Shown piece after piece: positions 13,710 through 31,446 of a stretch of DNA of 64,000 nt (within the stretch, counting starts at the first letter, position 1; every line of letters starts with the position of its first letter). Source of the stretch: Dimorphilus gyrociliatus. Taxonomy: Eukaryota > Animalia > Annelida. The stretch is taken from contig CAJFCJ010000009.1 in the NCBI GenBank assembly GCA_904063045.1, positions 1,034,942-1,098,941 of the forward strand, in the 5' to 3' direction. A program made the translations under genes and the position numbers. Below the pieces are notes generated by a model. That model did not search any database. It was not told the DNA's origin and worked only from the letters and a program-made list of their open reading frames with translations.

Positions 13710-15966
13710 ATTTCATTTTATTCTTAGATGTCTTAGATGTTAATTTTTTAGATAGTCTTAGGTGCTGCTTAAATATCTCGATTTTACATTAGAGACATAT
13801 TGTTTTTGCCAATGCCGAGACTGTATTATTCAATAGTATAGTCCTATTGAGAAATAAAATAAAAGGATTAAGGTATAAATTAAGCTTTACCTGGCGACCT
13901 CTGACTGCAATTAATTATTTCAATTATAGAAATTAGTATAGCTTTTCCGTCGAATAAAAAAAACAACTTCAAATGGAAATATAAAACAAACAGCTTTTCT
14001 TTATACTTAAAACATTTTGCATTTTCCCTCTAATTCCTTTAACGATTGTTTGGTTTTTTTAATTTTCTTTTTGGAAGCATGAATGATATTGAATGAAGCA
14101 TATAGATGCAAGAAAATAAGTTTTGCCTTCATGTTGTTATTTTTCGATCAATATTGAATAATTTCTATTATTATTTGTAATATGTTCTTCATTAATATTC
14201 ATATTTTATTTAGTTTAATAATAGATATATTATACGTATATAAATATATATGCATTTTAATTGCTAAAGTGTACTTATTAAGAAGATTAAGGTTATATAC
14301 GAATACAAACGGTTAGTTTCTTTTGTTGTGTATATATGGGAAATATATATATATATATAAACAATTTAAAGTACGTGCAATCAGCCACCTAGTTGACAAT
14401 TTTTTTCATTCCACTAATACTATTTGACCAGTTACTGAATTAACCTATATTTCATACTATTCGTAAAGGTAATAATATTATATCAATTTTAACGACTGTA
14501 TAACTATTCTATTGAATTAACTATTAAATTTCCTAATATGTTCAATAGGAGCAATTTTCATTTTACTATAATCTATATAAACATAATTATTTTAGAGAAA
14601 AGTATATTTACAATGAACTATAAAGATAGCAATTGTCATTTGTTTAGGCAACTATTTCAAGAATACGCAGTTTTTTAAACCTGTCCTGGTTTATTTGCCT
14701 CTATAGAATTTCACATGATATATGAAAAATTAATCATCGTTTTTTTTTTTCAAGCTAGGATTATTCATCAAAACAAAATATAGGAAAGATACGTGTTTTT
14801 AAGTCCCATTGATTCGCTTTAGTACATTTTAGTTTAAGTTTGTTCACGTTTTTAGTACAATAATGCTATAATAACCAAAGTATTATTAAGTATAGATTAG
14901 GTAATAAGCAATAAAGCGGTTGTGAAGAGATATCACACTTCATACGCAAATATTTGCATCCCTGTAGACAAAAGGTAATTTTTATCATTTTTGCATTATA
15001 GGCTGCGTAATTGTTGAAATATTCTGAATATTATCTAGATTTTCAATTAATACTGATAAAAAATATATTGTTTAAAACTAAAGCAACTTGTCATTGTTGG
15101 AAAGAACTATTAAAGGTGAGAAATTGTGGGATGATTGTACGCTCTGTGACAAAAACTACGTCAGCACTATGATAGTTGTACAAATCATTCCAATTGATAT
15201 TAGTCATTGAAGTTAGGTCAAAAGAGAAGCCTAATGAGACAGTAAATATGGTTAACCTATAGTTGACAAATTCTTAGTGATTTACAGAAAATATAAGTTT
15301 AAATTGGAAATTAAAAATTTCCAACTTTATTAACTTTTACATTCTAACATAAAAACAGTGATTTGAGATTGGATAAATCACGAGTTTTTGTTCGAAACGA
15401 TTACTTGTCTCGTAATTGGTTGTTTGTCGGTAACACTAGAAAGCACGCTGGAAGCAGACTAACAAGCTATACTGAACACCACATTTCTTTCTGAACAAAC
15501 AGTAAGATTTTCTTTTCTCTGTTATATTTTACCAGAAATCAATATTTATAGCATCTTGAGGTATAAGGACATATTCATGAAATTTTAGTTTGTTGCTTTG
15601 AAAGAGTTATCTCTCGCTAATATGATCTAAAGTGTGAACAAACGGCTTTTAGATAATTCACATAGAAAAGAAGGAACAACTTTCATAATTTTTTCAAATT
15701 TCGCGAAGCATTTTCTTGAATATTTTTATTCAGCAAAGCAGTTCTGATTTTGTAGTAATTGTCTGTAACAAAAATTGTGAACTCTTTACTCCCTGGCCTG
15801 TTATGTGAAGGGAAGTCAGTGCGAAGCTATTCCGCTCTAGATGTTAGTATAACCTTTATTAAAAGAAATTTCTTTTATTAAACAAAAAGACTCATTAAAA
15901 TTTTGAAAAAGATTAGTAGTATTTTTTTGCTGTGAAGTTTGGAGACGGGACAGGACGCTTTTTTAA

Positions 15967-16005
15967 ACCGGAAGTAAAAACAAACCTATCCGTGAAAAAT
16001 GGCGG
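15967..16005 (+). promoter_or_regulatory. Probable RAD54L2 core promoter with ETS (ACCGGAAGT) and YY1-type (AAAATGGCGG) motifs
   Basis: Motifs at 15967-15975 and 15996-16005 in a locally GC-richer patch about 200 nt upstream of the first long coding exon. Confidence 0.5.
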
Positions 16006-16189
16006 ACGGGTGAATTACGATATAAACAATACGTAAATTACTGTATTACTCTAAGTAAGGCGAAATGTTGTTGAATTCTTCTTGTTAGTTACGCCCGAGA
16101 AAACTGTTTAAATCTTAGTATTGGATATAGCTCTGTTAAATTTTGTTTTTTTTATATATAAACATTTTTTCTCACTTGTGTGCTAAAGA

Positions 16190-19100
16190 ATGGATAACGT
16201 CCTCTCAACTATTCCTCTAACCACTTCTGGAAATGCTTCATCAGTTGATTCATCTCAATCGGATGACAGTCTAACATATGAGAAATTCGATGACGAGGAT
16301 AACGATGACAACGTTAGTTTGGCAGAAGAAGATGAAGGTAAGAGTTTTAATTGCAGAAATCTGTCTTTATTTCACCTGTAACCTTTTATAGAGTTCCCAT
16401 CTATAGAAGAGGATCCTGAACCCCTAGACATGACAGAAAATACCTCTAGCAGTATTCAGACCACATCGGAGGGCAAACAAGATAGTCCTCCAGAAGAAGA
16501 AGAGAAGCCAGCCAAACGTAAGAGGAAGGAGAAAGATAAGAATGGAGAGAAAAAGAAGCGTAAGAAGCAAAAAGACGAAGATAAGAAGAAAAAGTTGTAT
16601 GAAAGGAAAAATATTAGAAAAATATTAGGAGGTAAATTGCTTGTAGGAATCTATGTTATGTTTTGTAAATTACATTTTTCATAAGGAGAGAAATTGGAGA
16701 AAGAAACCCTGGAAGCGTTGAAGGCTGAAGAAGAGAGAAAGAACAGATTGAAAGAGCAGGAAGAACGACGAAAAGAACATCAACTGGCAAACAAGAGAGC
16801 AGCTGAGGTACTTTATCAATTATTCTAGTTTATTTATTATTTATAATAACAATTTTTACATATCATAAACAGGAACGCTACAAAGTTAAGTGTACCCAAT
16901 TGAAATCCTTGCTCGAAGGTAATAATCTAAAAAGCTTTAATTGCCCCAGTTTGTTTCAATAATAGCTTTATGTCTTTAAAATTACAGAAGATATTTCCGA
17001 TAAAGAGGAAATACAGATAGAACCTGCCAAAAAACAAGATGGTAATTGCGAATCTATTAAACATACAAATCAAACTTATTGTTTATAAAATTTCAGACTA
17101 TATTTGCCTTAGCTCAGACGATGAAGATGAAATCGATCGTTTGCGACAAAATCGTTTAAAACAGGAACAGCAATTGGCGATTATGAGGGCTCGATCAGCC
17201 GCAAAAAATTTACCATCAATTCTAAATAAATCTGCTCAATTAGCAACTTCTTCCCCTCATATACCAAAGCCAACTAGTAATGCAATATTGAGCTTTGACG
17301 ATCCGTTACCCGGATTATCAGGTCTAACAAGTAGTGATGATGAGGAACCAGACGAAGAAACGACAGGGTAAATGACAATTTTTGGACGCTTTTAGTTTCA
17401 AATTTAATACTTCGAATTTTATAATAGGAATAATAATTACTGTAATGACACCATGAATCTACCAGATGATCAAGGCAGAGTTTTGATAAATGTAGGTCAT
17501 CCAGGCGATGAGCCCGATGTATATTTGGCCCCACAAATCGCGAGAATAATTAAACCGCACCAAGTGAGTTCATTAGATTAATTACGATTTTGTAATCATA
17601 TTCTTTTATAAATAGATTGGAGGAGTACGTTTTCTCTACGACAATTTAATTGAATCTACAACGCGATTTTCAGCAAGTAACGGATTTGGTTGCATTCTGG
17701 CCCATACTATGGGCCTGGGGAAAACAATTCAAATGATCTCTTTCATTGATATTTTTCTTCGCCACACAATTTCCAAAACTGTTTTATGTATTGTACCTAT
17801 TAATACATTACAAAACTGGGTCTCGGAGTTCAACATGTGGATCCCTCCTATTCCGGAATGCGACATAGATTACAAAGGAAATTTAAAAAGGCCAATAAAT
17901 GATAATTCCTCAGCTGCATCTTCAAGCCAGGAAAATTCTGCATTCGCTAACGACTTTATGGGAAATTCAATGCAAAAAAATTTCAATTTGTCAAATCAAA
18001 ATCCAAGCCATTTAATCAGCAATAAAGCAAATGGCTCAAAGAATAATGGACTGATGGGACATGATCTCTTCAACTCGAATTCTCCAAATAATTTTTCAAA
18101 TTTAAATGAACAAACCGAGATAAATAGTAATGAAAAAGCAAATGGAAATGTGTTCGATAAACTTTTTGAAGAAAAGCCTCAGGAAGTTAGAGAAAGGAAT
18201 TTTAAAATATTTGTATTAAATGATACTCATAAAACTATGGCTGCAAGGCTTAACATAGTTGGTATGTATTGAAAGAGATTATTTATGAACTTGTTCCTAT
18301 CCAAGGCTTTTATTCGATAGGCACCTGGTATAAAGAAGGAGGTGTTCTTTTGATGGGTTATGAAATGTACAGGTTATTAAGTTCTAAAAGAGGTCATATA
18401 CCAAAACCCAAACGTCGTAGAAAGAAGGTATATGAACCTGAAGTAATAGATGTTGAAGAAGAAGATCGAAACAAGGATATGTTAACAAGTTAGTGTAAAT
18501 ATATACTTTTCTCTTCTTAACTAAAAGCCTTTTGTTAATTTAAATTTTAGATATTCAAGAAGCTTTATTAGATCCAGGGCCAGACCTTGTCGTGTGTGAC
18601 GAAGGTCATAGAATAAAGAATAGTCACGCTAGTATTGCTCAAGCTCTTAAAGCAATCCGAACAAAGTAACTTAAATTGCTCTAATACTTTCAATATACTG
18701 TTTTCATTAATCTATCATCCACCCTTAGGCGTCGTGTCGTTCTCACCGGGTATCCCTTACAAAATAATCTTATTGAATATTGGTGCATGGTCGATTTCGT
18801 GCGACCTAATTATTTGGGAACAAAGCAAGAATTTTGCAACATGTTTGAAAGGCCGATAACAAATGGGCAATGTTTGGATTCAACACCAGAAGATATCAAA
18901 CTTATGAAATATCGAGCGCACGTACTGCATAGTTTATTGGAGGGATTTGTCCAAAGGTACTTAATCCTTTCTCTTACAGTTTTTTCAATCTTTAGTGTTC
19001 GTCAGGAATTACAATAAAACCTGATCAAAAATTTAATTGCAGACGGGGACATTCAGTTTTAAAATACACACTTCCCTTAAAAGAAGAATATGTTCTTGTA

Positions 19101-21851
19101 GTAAAGCTATCAGAAATACAAAGAAAGTTATACGAAGCATTTATAAACTATTTAAATAGTAGCAGCTTGGGTACTTCGTCTGACAATGGAAATGCGATAA
19201 AAGCTTTTTCAGTCTGCTGCAAAGTAAGCAATTAATTGATTATTCATGAATCTGAAAGGTTACTATTAACATCTTTGCTTTTTTTTTTAAGATTTGGAAT
19301 CATCCGGATATTCTATACAAATGTGCCCTCAGCGCCAATATGACAGAAGATTTAGATGTGGACTTCGACGGGACGATTATCAAAAAGTCGGCAAAAAATA
19401 AAAAACGTTTAATCTCATCACCAAAACAAAATTCTCCATCTGACACATTTGAGAATAGCAACGGATCTGATTTAATACAAGCAGCATATAACAAGAAAGA
19501 AAAAGAGGAACAAATTAATTACGAATGGGTTTGTATAAATGTTTACGCTAGCATTATCAAGAAAATTTTTCTCATTCCGAAAATCTTGTAGGCTAACGCT
19601 TTACTTCAAACTTACGTGCCTGGTAATTTAGAAAATGGAGGAAAGATGCTAATCTTAATGAATATAATAATGGAGAGTTTAGCTATCGGAGACAGAGTAC
19701 TTGTATTTAGTCAAAGTTTATTTACGCTGGATCTAATCGAATCCTACTTGGCAAAAATTAAAGTACCTGGATATGACACAAATTTCTCCAAAAATAAATT
19801 CTATTTTCGTAAGTTTTGTTTAATTTAAATTACAATTATTGTGATCAAGAACATTTCTTTTATATAGGTCTTGATGGATCAACTAATAGCTTAGAACGAG
19901 AGCGTCTGATTAACGCGTTCAACTCGCCTGACAATCAAACAGTCAGCATATTTATGCTTTCTACAAGGTTTTATTTTAATCAACAATGCCTCCTAAATTT
20001 TTCTAATTACGTATTTCGATATTTTAGAGCTGGATGTTTAGGGATTAATTTGATTGGGGCTAATAGGGTTGTAATAATGGATGCGTCTTGGAATCCATGC
20101 CATGACTGTCAAGCTGTTTGTCGTATTTATAGATATGGACAAACTAAAAGCTGCTACATTTACCGGCTCGTATCTGACAACACTATGGAAAAGAAGATAT
20201 ACGATAGACAAATCAATAAACAGGGAATGGCAGATAGAGTGGTAGATGAACTTAACCCAGAAACTCAGTTCAAGAGGGGTCAAGTAGAAAATCTACTGCA
20301 ATACGATGATAAAGACCTTCCTACTGTAGATCCAAATTGTTGTAGCGAAATAAATGATAGGTTATTGGATAGAGTTGTAAGAAAATGTCATTATTTTGTA
20401 ACAAAAGTAAGTTCACTTTTGAAAAATAGACAAAGATCTCATTTAAAGATAAATATTTGCTTTATCATAGGAACCATTTACCCATGAATCTCTCCTGTTG
20501 GATAGGGAGGAATCCAAATTGACAACAGCTGAAAAGAAATTTGCAAAGCGCAGTTACTTTTTGGAAAAACGTAATTCAGGAGGCTTTGGCCGAAATAATT
20601 ATTCTCGGATGAATAACCCTATGTCATCGAATATTAAATTCGATTCAAATATAAAGTAAATATAGATATTTTTTTCGACATTAGCGGTGTCTAATTCTTA
20701 AATTCTCTATAGCCGATATTCCCAAATTAATTTAAGAACAAATGAAAGTTCAGTTCTACCAAGTAATTTAACCATGCCAACTCCAAAGATAAAGCAAGGT
20801 GTTTCAATTCAACAAATCAAAACAAAATCTGGTTTGTTTTCATATATACTTTTGCTTATTTATATATGTATATCATTTCTTTAATAATTTTATTGTGTAG
20901 ACGTGGCAATACCTGGAACTGATTCTTCCGGAAATCCTAATTGTATAAAAGCGGGTGAAACAATTACTGTAATCAAAACATCGAAAGGAACGTATATAAA
21001 AACTATAAGTGGAAAATTATATGCTGTGAAAAATAAATTCGGGCAACTTGGAAATGTATCACCAAAGTTTAGTTCGAATTTAGGTTAGATATCTTATTAT
21101 TGTATTTAAACAAATGCTATTGTTGTATTCCTACTATAATATTTATTATTGTTCAGCTGACGGCTCGCAATCGAAAACCGTTATCCAAGAACCTTTGGCA
21201 ACAGGTGATGATATTTCTATAATAGGTGAAAGATCAGAACCATCTTCATCTCCATTTGCGTCAAGTTTGGATAGTCTGCTAGAGAGACGTTCATCTATTC
21301 TGTCTAATTTATTATCTTCAACAAGTGCGACATTAGAAGACGCAAAACAATGCAAAACTCATGATAGTGGAGATTCTATGTCAAGTACATTGACTAGTCA
21401 AGCCACAAAAAGTGAAGCAGATGATTACATTCAAAATATCCTAAATTCGGCACATTCAACGACAGCATCTGCTTCAACGCAAAACCAACCGAAAGATGAT
21501 TTAGCATTAGACTTTAAGAAATACTTTAAAAATTTTGATGGTGCATCTCCGTCGTCGTCATCGTCGTCCCAATGGAGCACAAATGATTCCTCTGCGAATC
21601 GGACACCGTCCGTAAACTTTCAACAACCGTACTATAGCAATGCCAGCTTTCCTACAAATCAACAGCAATTAAACTTAAATCAGTTTGCCAACTCGTTTCC
21701 AAACAATGTTTCCTTCGGTCAGCCCCCTCACTACAACTACTCTTTTCCTACTAACTTCTCCGGGCAGCAACCTTCGTATAGTGAACTTTATTCTAATTTA
21801 TTTTCTGATCAACGTTCATCACAAGGACAGTATTCTTACGATCAGCGTTAA
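16190..21851 (+). CDS. RAD54L2: RAD54L2/ARIP4 SNF2-family helicase (ATRX-like subfamily), spliced
   Basis: [17 protein letters not shown] (Walker A), [16 protein letters not shown] (DEGH), [80 protein letters not shown] and [15 protein letters not shown] are typical of ARIP4. Confidence 0.93.
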
Positions 21852-22692
21852 ATATTTGTATAAAAAACAAAAACAAAAAATGACAAGCCATAAATATTGT
21901 AGTCGTACATACACACTAGACGTTTCTTCTCAAAAGAAACTTACTTTATATATCTGAAAGGAACAAGATTGAAAGTATTAATTTATTGCTTAATTACTTC
22001 ACCTGTCTTTGCTTCCTTTTTTTCATTTCTTTTATATTGTCGATTTATGTTAAATCAGCAATAATAAAGTAAAATACTTTTTTTTCAAACAGTGATTAAA
22101 TGTCTTTGATATTTCAATTTTGTCCTTTCGGGGTATGAATTAAATTCTGTCAATTTTAAATTCTTTTGTTTTTGTCTTTCGTAGAACAAAAAAAAAAAAT
22201 CACTTTAATCGATATATCATTAATTATTTCACAATTTTCAGTTTTTTTTGTGGGTATATAAATGTGAAAAATAATTTTGTTTGATAAATCTATTATCTAT
22301 TATTTGATTGATAAACTTTAAAGAAACATTTCCTTCGATCTCTAAATGTTTTGTATTGATATGAATTTTTGTTTGTTTACTTTTATTGTTCAATTGCTTT
22401 TTTAATTCATAAAAATTCTGGTTAGGTTATGTAAAAAGAAATTAATTTTAAACTTATATGCTGTATATACAGTATATAAGCTTTTTTATTTGTTCGTTTT
22501 TGAAAGTTTTGTTGAGTTGAACTATGGATCTTTGAAAATGTCATACCTTATCTAATTATACTTCTCACGGCCAGCATCTATTCTAATAATCCTCCTTTTT
22601 TCTCCCATATCCTATTTGGTCACTCTGTAAAAATCTACAATGTTTTGCCTCTTCAATTATTTATATACACGTGGTACGTTATATTATATACC

Positions 22693-22750
22693 TATATATA
22701 TATATATATATATAAATTTATATATATATGTATATATATATATATATATA
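22693..22750. repeat. (TA)n microsatellite, interrupted
   Basis: About 58 nt of TA dinucleotide with short interruptions. Confidence 0.9.
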
Positions 22751-23685
22751 GTTTTTTTAAACAAATATAATAAATATCCGGATTATTGAAATTTATTGAA
22801 CTGAGCGTAATAGGTAAGACTTAGTACTAAAAGACACTGTATACACTTTAAATAGTACAAAATATATTCGCATGTGAAAAAAAAAATAGTAGATTTAGTA
22901 AATGATATCAAGATCGAGTCATGTGATTTCACTAGTGATTTCAGACTGTAAATGTTTAACCGACATATAAAGTTTTAACATACTGAATTGATCGGACTTT
23001 GCACAATTTTACAATTCTTCTTTCACATTTGTACAACTGGGAATGATTACAGTCCCGCCGTACAGAGTCCTTTCAGTAATGGTAACAATCACTAACTTAA
23101 TATTGGCAATCATGTTTGATTGGGGAATTAGTAACCGGTCTACGTAACCGGAAAAGCGCGTCCTCAAATGTAACGATTCCGGGTTAGCGTCATTTTAGTA
23201 TTGAAGATGTCAATAAGATTTACTTTCGTTTTATTGAAAAATTTTACTTTTCACTTTAAGTTGAAAGATCAGAGAGTAAAAAAGTTTTCAATTCCCAAAT
23301 AATCAACTATTAGTGTATTTAAACAATAAGGTATATTCTTTCACAGTTATTATTGCTTGCCTAGGAGAATTACAAAAATAAACAAAAAAGGAAAAGAATG
23401 AAAATCTTAGCCCAGTGCCTTAAAAATCACTCGTGCTTAGGTCAAATGGGAGGCCATATTTTAAGAATTTTTCCTTCTAGCAATTAATTCTGTACTACAA
23501 ACCAGGAAAATGTGTTACTCCCAACCTACAGACAATGGGATCTAGATTTTTAAACCATTTTAAATAGTTTAAGCAGGGACTTTTGCATTAAACTTGGATT
23601 GATTCCAGGTTTGGGTACTGTGGGATACCATTCTAAAACTTTCCAATCTAACCTTGACGTATAACGACCCCTGAAATTTTACGCC

Positions 23686-23722
23686 TATATAAATCAATAG
23701 AGTCGGCGCTGTGGCGTTCAGT
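23686..23722 (+). promoter_or_regulatory. TATA box plus Inr, probable NT5C2 promoter
   Basis: TATATAAA at 23686-23693 and TCAGT with +1 A at 23720. A 5'-UTR intron acceptor (ttgcag, 23937) precedes the ATG at 23964. Confidence 0.55.
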
Positions 23723-23963
23723 AGGCTTTTAGAGGCCGATTCGCTCTGTTGTTGCTGTACAGTGCAGATTCGATCAGCTGGTTTATATTGCTCAGTGTTT
23801 ACCTTCTATACAGAAAAACTGAAAAATTTCATTCTATACTAAGTATATACTTATTAAAATCATTTGAATACCAAATTATCATTATCTATTGGCTAATGTA
23901 ACTTAATTAATCATATTTCCGCGATATATTATTGCAGATTTCTCCTATTTTTGTCGATTCTAA

Positions 23964-28671
<4,708 letters not shown>

Positions 28672-30087
28672 ATGAGGAAGGTAATAATTTATATTCATCC
28701 TTTATCAGATACTTTTATCCTATTTTCAACTGCTGTTACTACAGATGAGATATCAAACCAAAACAAAATATCAGCCTATATACGGAATATCGCAAAAGAA
28801 TCAGATGATAATTCTCCGTTTCTCTTAAATTGAAATTGTATATACAAATGATTTTATCTTCTCAAATCACTTTTAATTAAAAATGTAAGTTTTACGTAAC
28901 AATCTATGCATTGAAATTAAAATTGTTTCCGACGTATGCATAATTATTACTATTATTATTTTAGCAGAGGTAAAATGCTACCTCTGTCCTCTATTCTTTT
29001 TATTTTAATCTTGAATTCGTACTTCTCCTATTGATGCAACAAATAACGATCGAATATAATATATTAATAAACATATATATATATATCATAGTATATATAC
29101 TGTATATTTTAATATTATATATGTATTATATATTTGTCATTAATGAAAATTACAAATTTTACATTTCAAATTATATAGATTTATATTTCTTTTTAAATTA
29201 TTATTGTTAAAAAGTACGAAAATCTTTGTCGGAAATTGATAGAAAAGATATAACAGCATCTCAGAAGCTATATAGTGCGCATAGATGCTATATGAATTTT
29301 TTTGTCGTAAAAATAGAATGTAAAAAAAGGTAAGGAAACATATTGTTTATAGTAGCAGACCGATACGAGAGATAATGTTTGCTAATTATTAAATGTATGT
29401 ATTCCTTGTTATGGAAAGGTTGTAGAAATGCCCTGATTAAAGTTAATTAATTAGTATTAACTCTGTAAATTTTCCTTTACTAGCCTTATTATATGGCATT
29501 TACATTAGTCTGGTTCATTGTTTTCATTTTATTAGTTTATATATGTTATATGTAAATGTTGTTATTTCGATATCGTACATTTGTTTTCTTAAACGTGAAT
29601 TATGTTACCTCAGATGCTGTCCGGGAGTATTTATTAACCTTCATATGTCATTGACAACTTGCGTGTTCATTTATAATAGATAACTTATACACGTAGCCTA
29701 CTGTATTACTAATTATCCACTAGGTGACACTTTTAGACTGGACTATTTCATTTTTGACTGCAAACACAGTTTGTTGGATAGTATTTATGGTTTAATAAAT
29801 CGGTAAACTATCTAATGGATTAAGGTATAAAATGATTGAATATAAATAGTTCGCTATGATTTATCAAATGTCATTAATTTCGCTTTCGTAGAAAGTAAAG
29901 AAAATCGAGTATATTCTTTCTTTGTATTGACAAAACAAAACAAGAATTCTATGATAAATCCTAATGACCGAATTATTGACGAAATTAAACACATGTGCCT
30001 CAATACAATAGACTGCTGCTCCCCTTCTCAATGATACTCATTTCCAAATGTCAATCGATTTATCAAGAATCTAATGTATCTAAACAA

Positions 30088-31213
30088 ATGATGAAAAATT
30101 TATTGAGAAGGACGAAATTAAGAAGTGCCGAAGGACAAAGTGGAATAGTTTTTAATTATAGAAGAATTTTACAAGCTTGTTGCTGTTTTTTTGGATTTAT
30201 TCTTATATATTTAACATTTTACAGGCTAATTTTAAACAAAAGTAACTATTGTGAAAAAACTCCTATTTTTTATAATAGTGTTCCAAAATGTGGAAGTAGG
30301 ACTACCGCAGATCTTATGAGACGTTTAACAAATCATAATAACTTTATCTATTATCAAAGCAATATCTTTTATAATTATTCAATTGAATATGACGAGCAAA
30401 TGAAGATCGTAGAAACCATCAACAAAATGGCGAAATATACCCAGGTGGTCTACGACAAACATGCCATTTTTATTAATTTCGAAAAGTATAGGCTTTTATT
30501 TTATTCGTTATTTACTGCGGACATTTTTATTTTACATTACTTGTAGATTCTCTTATCCTCAACCAATTTATATAAATGTCATAAGGGATCCTTTGGAGAG
30601 AGCTGTATCTTCATATTATTACCTGAGATTTGAGTCTCAATTGTTATCCAAGACATATGAAAATGATGAAACAAGAAACTTGGTAAGTTTAAAAAGTCAC
30701 TGAACTTTAATAGTTAACCAATAGTTGTTTCTAATTACAAGACATATGACGAATGCGTTTTACAAAATCGAAAAGTTTGTACCGGAAAAAATTCCTTTCA
30801 TGGAATTTGGAATATAATTCCATTTTTTTGCGGATATAATCCTATTTGTAAATATCCGTCCAAGTTAGCTCTTCAAATTGCTAAATCCAATGTGGAAAAG
30901 TATTACGTCGCTGTAGGTACAATCGAATATTATGATGAATCACTACAGTTATTTGAGAAACTATTACCTAATTATTTCCAAGGCATTCAAAAAGCCTATA
31001 AAAAATATAAATCAGGTTAGTAGATCTACTCTGTTTAATTGAAAACAGCTGTTATTCTTTTCCTTTTCAGAAAGTATTAAAAAGTATAGGGGAAAATTTA
31101 AAATGAAACCATCAGAGCAAGTTGAGAGAAAGATGAAAAATCTAATGAACTATGAGTATCAATTTTACAAGTTTATTCGTCAGAGACTCTTTAAAATGTT
31201 GAAAAATGAATAA
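30088..31213 (+). CDS. UST: Uronyl-2-sulfotransferase-like Golgi sulfotransferase (UST/HS2ST family), spliced; alternative in-frame ATG at 30030
   Basis: Type II TM (ILQACCCFFGFILIYLTFY), 5'-PSB motif FYNSVPKCGSRT (KCGSRT as in UST), 3'-PB motif YINVIRDPLERAVSSYYY, IIPFFCG, and AKSNVEKYYVAVG. Confidence 0.8.
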
Positions 31214-31446
31214 CACTCTATTAATACATCTACTGCTTTGCTTATTTTTGCATATAAATGTTGAGTTTTTCCAATAAAAGCAAACTGATTAAGAAGGGCT
31301 AATTTCCAGTTTTAAACAATACTATTAGCGAGAGCATTTCTTAATTTAAGGGCTTTTTCGCGTTTTTCTTGAATTTTTCTTTTTTGTTCTTCCGTGAGAA
31401 CCTGTGGATAGAATAATGTTTATTTAATACAGTACAGATTCACATC

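Noticed and set aside
13884-13905. U1 snRNA-like 5' end (CTTTACCTGGCG)
   Set aside because: The match stops after about 10 nt; no U1 stem-loops or Sm site follow.
13710-15900. Protocadherin constant-region exons
   Set aside because: No CM1/CM2 motifs, and candidate exons (about 14917-14974, 15084-15115) are phase-incompatible with the 13688 donor.
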